From: an uncultured Acidimicrobiaceae bacterium
GTDB lineage: Bacteria; Actinomycetota; Acidimicrobiia; Acidimicrobiales; RAAP-2
Reading direction: 5' to 3'
Assembly (NCBI GenBank): GCA_963791995.1
Contig: CAWBUQ010000016.1
Location: 39,535-103,534 of the forward strand
DNA: 64,000 nt
Positions 23,893-31,102 of the stretch are shown here, in pieces. The notes under the pieces were generated by a model, which was not told the origin of the DNA, made no database searches, and saw only the letters and a program-made list of their open reading frames with translations. Position 1 is the stretch's first letter; the number at the start of each line of letters is the position of its first letter. The position numbers and the translations under genes were made by a program.

Positions 23893-25707
23893 TGACCGGT
23901 GCGCCCGTCCCGACGGACCCCGCCACTGCGGCTGCTCCTGCCACCCCGACCACCCCGGCCAGCGTGCGGGCGACGCCGGTCTACTTCGGTCCACAGGAAA
24001 GGCCGCTCTTCGGCTGGGTCCACCAACCGGCCGACGGGCTCTCCCGCGGCACGGTCATCATGTGCGAGCCCCTGCTGCGCGAGTACATCAGTGCGCACTA
24101 CACCTTTCGTGTCCTGGCCGAGGCCCTGGCCGCTCGAGGCATCACGGCCATCCGCTTCGACTACGACGGCACCGGCGACTCGGCGGGCGACGACTCCGAT
24201 CCGGGTCGGATCGACGCCGCGGTGGCCTCCATCGGGCACGCCGTCGATCTGGCGCGGAGCCTGGGCCCGACTCGGCTCGCCCTCATCGGCATGCGCCTCG
24301 GCGCGTTGCTGGCGTCCAAGGCCGTCGAACACGACACGTCGATCTCCGAGCTCGTGCTCTGGGATCCCTGCGGCTCGGGACGCGACTTCCTGCGGGCGCA
24401 GTCAGCCCTCTTCCGGATGCGCTACGGGAAGGCAAAACGAGAAGACGGCAGCACGGAAGTTCCCGGTTTCGTGCTCTCGACCCAGACCGTCGAAGAACTG
24501 TCGGCGCTGGCGGCACCCACCTCGCTCCCTTCGATCGAGCACGCGCTGATCCTCGATCGCTCCGACCGCCCCGCGTCAGGGACCTTCGGCGTCGACGAGA
24601 GCCGGATCGAACGCCTCGAGGCGACCGGTCAAGCCGGGCTCATGGACATCGAGCCTTTCTTCAACACAGTGCCGTCCACGGCGATCGAGAGCATCGCCGA
24701 CTGGTTCGACGGGGTCTTTCCGACCGAGCGTGCCGCGCGAGTCGCAACCGGCAACCGACGCCATTACGGTGCGAGCCAAAGACGGATCCCGGGTCAGCGA
24801 GCGCGTCGTCACGCTCGGGCCGCACGACTTGTTCGGGATCCTGGCGACCGGCGATGCCGAGCCGACCGGCCCACCGGTTCTGTTCCTCAACAGCGGGAGG
24901 GATCCCCACACGGGCCCCAACCGGATGTGGGTCGACCTCAGCCGGGAATGGGCCGCGTTGGGCTTCCCCTGTTACCGCTTCGACCTCAGTGGCCTCGGGG
25001 ACAGTCCGGTCCGCCCCGGGCAGGTACCCAACCGCGTCCGGGTGGCCGAGGCGTTCGACGACGTGGTCGATGCCGTGGCCGACGTGGTGGGTGGCCCGTC
25101 GAACGGCCGGCCCGACGGCGCGTCGGACGGCGCGTCGGACGGCGAGGTCGCACCCGTCGTGCTGGCCGGGCTGTGCGCCGGTGCCTACCAGGTGCTCGAG
25201 AGTGCGATCGATCTGCGCCCGCGGTCGGTCCTCTCGGTCAACCCGATCCTGCGGTTCCAGCCGTGGGAGGTCGATCTGGGCGGGCCGATGGACCCGCGAC
25301 GACGGTTCTGCAAGCCCGCCGGCAGCCTGCGCCAGACCTACCGGGCGCTGCCGTCGTGGAAGATCCTGCGACTGGCCCGCGCTCGCTACCTCACCTTCGC
25401 CGGCAGGCTCTCACGTCAGCGCACATCGATCGACTGGCTCGAGGAGGCAGCCGCGCAGGGGACTGACATTCTGTGCATCTGTGGAGAAGAAGAGGCGGTG
25501 CCCTTCTTCGAAGGCGTGTCGGCCGATCGCACGACGGTGGAAGACGAGCGCTGCCGGCTCCAGGTGATCCCTGGTCTCGACCATGGGCTCATGATGGCCG
25601 GGGACCGCGTGCAGGTCGCCTCCCTCCTCACCGCGCACATCTCATCGCTGTTCCCTCACGGCGCGACAACGGCTCGGACCGACACGTCGCAGCCGTCGAA
25701 CTCGTAG
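23889..25707 (+). CDS. Tandem (two-domain) alpha/beta-hydrolase-fold protein, 1 frameshift near 24760
   Basis: GTGA overlap with the GH2 stop. Domain 1: RFDYDGTGDSAGD.. with box G-M-R-L-G (24288-24302, no nucleophile). Domain 2: RFDLSGLGDSP.. with box G-L-C-A-G (25168-25182). Confidence 0.7.
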
Positions 25708-25756
25708 TCGCGCCCGCGATCGGAATGCTCAGACACCGAAGCGCGTTGTTCTGTAG

Positions 25757-26326
25757 GTGGACTACCGGCTCCTCCTGATTTCGGGCAGCCTGCGTGAAGG
25801 CTCGACCAATACGGCCGCGCTGCGATCGATCCAAGCGGCGCCGCCGCGTGGCGTGCACGCCTCCTTCTACGACGAGCTGGCCGGCCTGCCCGCCTTCAAC
25901 CCCGATCTCGACACCGGCGCACCGCCACCCGAGGTCGACCGCCTGCGAACCCGCATCCATCGTTCGGACGCGCTCGTGTTCTCGACACCAGAATACGCAG
26001 GAGCCCTCCCGGGGTCGTTGAAGAACCTGCTCGATTGGACCATCGGCGATGAAGACGCCGACTCCGTCTACGAGAAACCAGTTGCATGGCTGAACGCCTC
26101 GCCACGAGGTGCCGCGGGCGCGCACGCGGAGCTGCGAACCGTCCTCGGGTACGCGGACGCCACCATCGTCGAAGCGGCGTGCATGACAGTGCCGGTGACG
26201 CAGGCCATGCTGGGCACCGACGGCCTGGTGAAGGATCCCGCCGCCCTCGACCAGATGCACACGATGCTGCAGCGCCTGACGGCGCGACTGGCATCAGTCT
26301 CGGGCTCGGGGTCGCCTCGGCCCTAA
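25757..26326 (+). CDS. NAD(P)H-dependent FMN reductase family protein
   Basis: LLLISGSLREGSTNTA..ALVFSTPEYAGALPGSLKNLLDW is the FMN_red pattern. It starts 49 nt after the hydrolase gene on the same strand. Confidence 0.8.
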   Translation: MDYRLLLISGSLREGSTNTAALRSIQAAPPRGVHASFYDELAGLPAFNPDLDTGAPPPEVDRLRTRIHRSDALVFSTPEYAGALPGSLKNLLDWTIGDEDADSVYEKPVAWLNASPRGAAGAHAELRTVLGYADATIVEAACMTVPVTQAMLGTDGLVKDPAALDQMHTMLQRLTARLASVSGSGSPRP

Positions 26327-26934
26327 CTCGTGGCGAGCGTGCCGGGATCGCCGGGATGACCGAGCTCGCGGCCATCGAGCGCACTGAGCACACCGACAAC
26401 ACCGAGCACACCGAGGTGCTCGAGGCCCACATAGCCGGCCCACCCGTCCGTCAACTGGCCGGACTGCAGCCGCCGATGAAACTCCTCCGCTGACACGAGG
26501 ATCGCCTCACAGAACTCCTCCGAGGGGTCCAGTTCCGGTTCGCGTACCCTCCGGCAGTCCATGGCGACCGCCGCCCATTTGCGTCGCGTGATGTTGGCGC
26601 CCTGCCAGGTATGGCCGATCACCGTCAGGTCGCCCACGTATCCGGTCTCTTCTGCCAATTCCCGACGCGCCGCTTCGAGCGGTGACTCGCCGTCACCGAG
26701 CTCCCCTCCGGGCAATTCGTCGAGCATGCAGGCGGGACCCGGACGGAACTGGCGCGCCAGGATCATCTGTCCGTCCTCGGTGACGGCGACCACCGCGACG
26801 GCATCGCGCGTCGTCATGACGTCCCAGTCGACGTCGGCGCCGTCGGGCATGCGGTAGGTCTTGGTCACGACCTCGATCCATCCGTTCGGACCACGTCGCT
26901 GCCCGATCAATTTCCAGGGTTGCGCTTCGGACAT
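26323..26934 (-). CDS. NUDIX hydrolase
   Basis: Nudix box GGELGDGESPLEAARRELAEETGY. Start taken at MSEAQPWKL (26934). Confidence 0.8.
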   Translation of the reverse strand: MSEAQPWKLIGQRRGPNGWIEVVTKTYRMPDGADVDWDVMTTRDAVAVVAVTEDGQMILARQFRPGPACMLDELPGGELGDGESPLEAARRELAEETGYVGDLTVIGHTWQGANITRRKWAAVAMDCRRVREPELDPSEEFCEAILVSAEEFHRRLQSGQLTDGWAGYVGLEHLGVLGVVGVLSALDGRELGHPGDPGTLATS

Positions 26935-27137
26935 CTGACCCTTTCGCGAGGTACTGCACGGCAGACCATCAGTCTCCTGGGTGCCGCCGGACATGACAAA
27001 ACGAGCGAGGCTTTCGCTCGAGCGGCGACACGACCACGACGCCGTCGTCCGCCTCGCCCTGCGGGAACGAAGCAGCGCGCGGCCGCGTGCGGGCGTGTGC
27101 GAGGATGTCGGGGTCCGGCGATGCAGAGGGGGCTGGA

Positions 27138-28865
27138 ATGGCATCGATTCGATTCGTTCGCGTGCTGTGCAGTGTCGCGCTGCTGGCGGGCCTGTTCACC
27201 GTTGTGACCGCTGCCGTGACGCCTGTTCTCGCCTCGGGCGGGACCCCCGTCCCTGGCGCTCCGAACTGCCCGATGTTCCCCGCCGACAACGTGTGGAACA
27301 CGCCCATCACCAACTTGCCGGTCGATTCGCATTCCGCCGCGTGGCTGGCCAGCATGGACGCCGGCTCGACCAACCTGCACCCCGACTTCGGGCCGTCGGG
27401 TGATCCTGCAAATCCCTATGGCATGCCGTACACGGTTGTCGCACCTAACCAACCCTTCGTCAGCGTGGCGTTCCAGTACGGGAGCGAGAGCGACCCCGGG
27501 CCGTACCCGCTCGGGGCGAACACGCCGATCGAAGGAGGGCAGAGTTCGACCGGTGATCGCCACGCCCTCATGGTGGACCCGAGCACCTGCACGCTCTACG
27601 AGCTCTACGACGCGCACTACAACGCCTCGGGATCGACGGCCGGGTCTGGCGCCATCTGGAACCTCAACTCCAACGCCCTGCGCCCGGCGGGGTGGACCTC
27701 TGCTGACGCGGCGGGTCTGCCCATCCTGCCCGGACTGGTCCGCTACGACGAGGTCGAGTCGGGCAGCATCACGCACGCCATCAGGATGACCGCGGAGACG
27801 ACCGACACCAGCTACGTCTGGCCGGCGCGGCACGAGGCGGGATCGAGCTCGAACTCCAACCTGCCGCCGATGGGAGCCCGATTCCGGCTGAAGGCCAGCT
27901 TCAACATCAGCGGGTTCTCGCCCCAGGCCCAAGTGGTGCTCCGGGCGATGCAGCAGTACGGACTGATCCTCGCCGACAACGGCAGCAACTGGTACTTCGG
28001 CGGTACCGCCGACCCGGCATGGCCACAATCGCTCGTCGACGAGTTGAAGGAGGTCCCGGCCAGCGAGTTCGAGGCGGTCGACGAATCGTCGCTCATGGTG
28101 AACCCGGACTCGGGCCAGGCTCGCAGCTTCCCTGGCCCGGTGACGGGCATCGCAGCACCGCCGTCGGGATCGGGGTACTGGCTCTCGGACGCCGAGGGTG
28201 CGGTCTCGGCGCACAACGTGGCGAGTGACGGCTCCATGGCGGGTACGCCGTTGAATGCGCCCATCGCCCACATCGTCTCGACTCCTGACGGCGGTGGTTA
28301 CTGGCTCGTGGCGGCCGACGGCGGCACGTTCGCTTTCGGCGATGCGGGATTCTTCGGTTCCATGGGCGGCACACATCTCAATGCGCCCGTCGTGAACATG
28401 GCCCCGACCCCGGACGGCCGTGGCTATTGGCTGGTGGCCAAAGACGGCGGCGTCTTCGCCTTTGGCGATGCGCCTTATTTCGGGTCCATGGGTGGCAGGC
28501 ACCTCAATGCGCCGATCGTGGGCATCGCCGCAGACCCACAGACGGGCGGATATTGGCTGGTGGCGTCCGACGGCGGGATCTTCGCCTACAACGCACCCTT
28601 CTATGGATCGACTGGCAACATCCACCTCCAGCAACCGGTGAACGGCATGACCACGGCATCCGGTGGGGGCGGGTACTGGATGGTGGCGTCTGACGGCGGG
28701 ATCTTCGCCTTCGGCCTCGCTCCATTCTGGGGCAGCACCGGGGCTATCCGCCTCAACGCGCCCGTGATGGGCATGGCCGAGGACGTGGCATCAGGGGGCT
28801 ACTGGATGGTCGGCTCCGACGGGGGCGTCTTCTCCTTCAACGCGCCGTTTTACGGTTCCGACTGA
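27138..28865 (+). CDS. Secreted protein: conserved N-terminal domain of unknown function plus six C-terminal repeats of about 40 aa
   Basis: GAGGGGG before ATG 27138. Signal peptide MASIRFVRVLCSVALLAGLFTVVTAAV. The ORF is intact. Confidence 0.8.
   Translation: MASIRFVRVLCSVALLAGLFTVVTAAVTPVLASGGTPVPGAPNCPMFPADNVWNTPITNLPVDSHSAAWLASMDAGSTNLHPDFGPSGDPANPYGMPYTVVAPNQPFVSVAFQYGSESDPGPYPLGANTPIEGGQSSTGDRHALMVDPSTCTLYELYDAHYNASGSTAGSGAIWNLNSNALRPAGWTSADAAGLPILPGLVRYDEVESGSITHAIRMTAETTDTSYVWPARHEAGSSSNSNLPPMGARFRLKASFNISGFSPQAQVVLRAMQQYGLILADNGSNWYFGGTADPAWPQSLVDELKEVPASEFEAVDESSLMVNPDSGQARSFPGPVTGIAAPPSGSGYWLSDAEGAVSAHNVASDGSMAGTPLNAPIAHIVSTPDGGGYWLVAADGGTFAFGDAGFFGSMGGTHLNAPVVNMAPTPDGRGYWLVAKDGGVFAFGDAPYFGSMGGRHLNAPIVGIAADPQTGGYWLVASDGGIFAYNAPFYGSTGNIHLQQPVNGMTTASGGGGYWMVASDGGIFAFGLAPFWGSTGAIRLNAPVMGMAEDVASGGYWMVGSDGGVFSFNAPFYGSD
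28173..28862 (+). repeat. Six tandem coding repeats (39-42 aa): GYW[LM]V..DGG.F.FG.A.F.GS.G...LNAP..G.A
   Basis: Repeat starts are read from the translation (GYWLSDAEG.., GYWLVAADGG.., GYWLVAKDGG.., GYWLVASDGG.., GYWMVASDGG.., GYWMVGSDGG..). A beta-propeller-blade periodicity is inferred. Confidence 0.7.
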
Positions 28866-29518
28866 GCCGCCTGGACCCTTCGAGGTGAGCCCGCCGGGGT
28901 CGCAAACTTCGATCCTGGGGCCCAGCGTCGAGCAGACGCACAGCCCTCACGCGCGATCGCGCCGCCGACTGGGTGGCCAGGATCGGGGTGTTCGCCGTGG
29001 CACCTCCGATCCTCGTCTACGCCATTCCCGGCTATCCGAACACCTACTACAACGAAGGCATCAACGAGATCTTCGGGTCGGCATCCTCCTCAACGAAGCC
29101 TCGGTCATCGGCGTGCTCGTGGCGCTGGCCGGCACTCTGCTGCACACGTAGCAGGCAGACAGAGGGCGACGGGTCAGCGCCGGCGCTGTGCAATCGACCG
29201 CGCCGGTTTGACGCACGTCCGAATATGACAGCGCGTGCCAGCGCACATATCTGAATGATGGACCGTACAATATGTACGGAAATCGGAAAATGTCCCCACA
29301 CTCCAATCGATGGGTGTACCATCACCTCCATGGAGCACGTCTACGCGGAGAGCTGCCGGGCGCACCGGTACTCAGAAGGTCTCACCGGCCTTCTGATGTC
29401 GCGCGGACGCGCCATGGCCCAGACCTTGAAGGCCCAATCCTTCGGTTGGGTCTCGATCGACCCCCGGGAGGTGCCCTCAACGGCATAACTAGGACTTATA
29501 TACGTCCAGTTCGTTGAG

Positions 29519-29548
29519 GAGCCGCTTCCGAAAGGGGGCGGCTCTTTT
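29519..29548 (+). terminator. Rho-independent terminator-like hairpin
   Basis: gagccgc (29519-25) / gcggctc (29538-44), 12-nt loop, followed by tttt (29545-48). Confidence 0.5.
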
Positions 29549-29591
29549 CTATTCCTGGGCCAGATGCGGAACTGAATAGTCAAACACTCGA

Positions 29592-29663
29592 AGGGGTGTA
29601 GTCCAGCGGAACGGACAGCCGGCTCCAACCCGGCGGACCTGGGTTCTACTCCTGCCACCCCTG
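29592..29663 (+). tRNA. tRNA-Trp(CCA), non-canonical T arm
   Basis: Acceptor AGGGGTG/CACCCCT, D arm GTCC/GGAC, anticodon stem GCCGG/CCGGC, loop CTCCAAC. T stem weak (CTGGG/CCTGC), T loop TTCTACT. Confidence 0.6.
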
Positions 29664-29789
29664 CAGGGCGAAGCCATGTCCTTTTTGCCTAAATGGGCAA
29701 TTGAACCACCGTACATTGACAACTAAATAGTACCCAAGATTGGGGATCGGAGCCACGTCTATTGGCGCGGCGACACCGACCGATCCCGC

Positions 29790-29873
29790 CCCGGTGACCT
29801 CTGTTGGCTAGAGGAGCGCGGCCGTAACCCGCGCGGCATTGTGCCTGCGGTCGTTCGATTCGACCCACCGGGA
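29790..29873 (+). tRNA. tRNA-Tyr(GTA), class II, C33
   Basis: Acceptor CCCGGTG/CACCGGG, anticodon stem CGCGG/CCGCG, loop CCGTAAC, long variable arm GGCA-ttg-TGCC, T arm GGTCG-TTCGATT-CGACC. Confidence 0.6.
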
Positions 29874-29877
29874 CCCT

Positions 29878-29953
29878 GGGCCCATGGCACGAGTGGTAGT
29901 GCACCTCGTTTGCAGCGAGACGCGTGCCGGTTCGAGCGCGGCCGGGTCCACCA
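29878..29953 (+). tRNA. tRNA-Ala(TGC) with G3:U70 and encoded CCA
   Basis: Acceptor GGGCCCA/CGGGTCC (G3:U70, A7.C66), D arm GCAC-GAGTGGTA-GTGC, loop TTTGCAG, T arm GCCGG-TTCGAGC-GCGGC (G53.G61), 3' ACCA. Confidence 0.65.
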
Positions 29954-30036
29954 CGCGGGCGGAAAAGGAAGACGCGCTGGGCTCAGACCCCGGTGGGCTC
30001 ACGCCCGTGAGAGTTCGACTCGCTCCGCTGGTACCA
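29950..30036 (+). tRNA. tRNA-Leu(CAG), class II, imperfect acceptor stem, encoded CCA
   Basis: D region GCGGAAAAGGAAGACGCG, anticodon stem CTGGG/CCCGG, loop CTCAGAC, variable arm GGGC-tcac-GCCC, T loop TTCGACT, 3' CGCTGGT-A-CCA. The 5' ACCACGC pairs only 4 of 7. Confidence 0.5.
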
Positions 30037-30037
30037 G

Positions 30038-30111
30038 GCGCCTCTAGCTCAGTTGGGAGAGCGATGGACTCTTAATCCATGCCGTCGGGGGGTCGAGTCC
30101 CTGGGGGCGCA
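30038..30111 (+). tRNA. tRNA-Lys(CTT), T loop lacks T54
   Basis: Acceptor GCGCCTC/GGGGCGC, D arm GCTC-AGTTGGGA-GAGC, anticodon stem ATGGA/TCCAT, loop CTCTTAA. T region GGGGG-GTCGAGT-CCCTG. Confidence 0.65.
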
Positions 30112-30199
30112 CTCGGCCGGAGTCATCCGGTCACACGCGTGGCTTCCACCCACGAGTAATGGGGGCGGTACCCATTGACCCCTCCATTCACGCAACCGC

Positions 30200-30269
30200 T
30201 CGGGAGTCGTCCAACGGCAAGACGCAAGGTTTGGTCCTTGAGATGAGGGTTCGACACCTTCCTCCCGAA
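30200..30269 (+). tRNA. tRNA-Gln(TTG)-like (or Pro TGG) with a 6-nt anticodon loop as assembled
   Basis: Acceptor TCGGGAG/CTCCCGA (U1:A72 as in bacterial tRNA-Gln), D region GTCCAACGGCAAGAC, anticodon stem CAAGG/CCTTG, loop TTTGGT, T arm GAGGG-TTCGACA-CCTTC. Confidence 0.5.
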
Positions 30270-30478
30270 CCGCCAGAAAGGAGGCGATTCAATGCGACAC
30301 AATCGGTTGAAGCTCGTCGTTCCCGACGACGCAGCAAAGAATGAGACGGAAGACGCGACCGAGTTCGTCGTAGGACCGGCGACGCCGGGTCCTTCTGCGG
30401 CGCGCCTTCGTCTCGTCGAGCGACGACGATGGACCGTTTCCGGACGGACGCGGCGTGACCAACTGTCGCTCGAGAATT

Positions 30479-30551
30479 GCCGGCCGGGCCCAACGGGATG
30501 GGCACTGGCTTTGTAACCCAGTCGATCCGGGTTCGAGTCCCGGGGCCGGCT
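30479..30551 (+). tRNA. tRNA-Thr(TGT)
   Basis: Acceptor GCCGGCC/GGCCGGC, D arm GCCC/GGGC, loop TTTGTAA (one C.C at the stem end), T arm CCGGG-TTCGAGT-CCCGG. Confidence 0.8.
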
Positions 30552-30554
30552 CGA

Positions 30555-30626
30555 GGTCATGTAGCTCAGTTGGGAGAGCGCGCGCCTGAAACCCTCGAGG
30601 CGATGGATCGAGACCACCCATGACCA
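30555..30626 (+). tRNA. tRNA-Phe(GAA)-like, poor anticodon stem and A54 T loop (possibly a pseudo-tRNA)
   Basis: Acceptor GGTCATG/CATGACC, D arm GCTC-AGTTGGGA-GAGC, loop CTGAAAC but the stem pairs 3 of 5. T region GATGG-ATCGAGA-CCACC. Confidence 0.45.
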
Positions 30627-30631
30627 CTTCG

Positions 30632-30706
30632 GGACACATAGCTCAGCGGCAGAGCGCCGGCACGACACGCCGGAGGTCGGGCTTTCGAAACGCCCTGTGT
30701 CCACCA
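30632..30706 (+). tRNA. tRNA-Val(GAC), C33, encoded CCA
   Basis: Acceptor GGACACA/TGTGTCC, D arm GCTC/GAGC, anticodon stem CCGGC/GCCGG, loop ACGACAC, T arm GGGCT-TTCGAAA-CGCCC, 3' A-CCA. Confidence 0.7.
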
Positions 30707-30715
30707 GTCATCTGA

Positions 30716-30787
30716 CGGCCCGGAGTCAGGCGGTGACGACGCCGCTCTGATACAGCGGAAGGCCTCGTTCGACACGGGGCGGGCCGA
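30716..30787 (+). tRNA. tRNA-Ile(GAT)
   Basis: Acceptor CGGCCCG/CGGGCCG, 3-bp D stem GTC/GAC, anticodon stem CCGCT/AGCGG, loop CTGATAC, T arm CCTCG-TTCGACA-CGGGG. Confidence 0.7.
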
Positions 30788-30792
30788 CCCGA

Positions 30793-30864
30793 GCATCCGT
30801 AGCTCAACGGCAGAGCGCCACGTTCACATCGTGGAAGTCGAAGGGTCAGCACCTCCCGGATGCA
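30793..30864 (+). tRNA. tRNA-Val(CAC), unusual T loop GTCAGCA
   Basis: Acceptor GCATCCG/CGGATGC, D arm GCTC-AACGGCA-GAGC, anticodon stem CCACG/CGTGG, loop TTCACAT, T region GAAGG-GTCAGCA-CCTCC. Confidence 0.65.
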
Positions 30865-30887
30865 CGTGGGCGCAGGCGTCCCCACTT

Positions 30888-30960
30888 GGTGGATGGAGCC
30901 GGATGGAGAGGCGGGTGGTCGTGGACCGCCCAGCAGGGAGTTCGATTCTCCTCATTCACC
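30888..30960 (+). tRNA. tRNA-His(GTG) with G-1:C73, C33
   Basis: G-1 (30888) plus acceptor GTGGATG/CATTCAC and discriminator C, anticodon stem GGTGG/CCGCC, loop TCGTGGA, T arm GGGAG-TTCGATT-CTCCT. Confidence 0.7.
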
Positions 30961-30984
30961 CGGGTCTTATGACCCGCAACGCAA

Positions 30985-31057
30985 CGCAGCGGGGAGGGAT
31001 GGTGACCTCACGGGTCTCATAAGCCCGAAGATCTCCGGTCAGTACGGAGCGCTGCGA
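30985..31057 (+). tRNA. tRNA-Met(CAT) (elongator Met or Ile2 type), unusual T loop GTCAGTA
   Basis: Acceptor CGCAGCG/CGCTGCG (C1:G72 paired, so not initiator-like), D arm GAGG/CCTC, anticodon stem CGGGT/GCCCG, loop CTCATAA, T arm CTCCG-GTCAGTA-CGGAG. Confidence 0.75.
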
Positions 31058-31102
31058 CTAGGGCCGGAGCACTCGTGCACTCGTGTCGCTTTGGGATACC
31101 TC

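Noticed and set aside
29741-29788. 8-bp inverted repeat GGGATCGG..CCGATCCC just upstream of tRNA-Tyr
   Set aside because: It is too short and lacks internal arms for a tRNA. It may be a processing hairpin and is not annotated.
30112-30199. Possible 15th tRNA in the 88-nt gap: hairpin CGTGG-CTTCCAC-CCACG would be a Gly-TCC anticodon arm
   Set aside because: I could not build a D arm, T arm or acceptor stem around it. It is possibly a decayed tRNA remnant but not callable.
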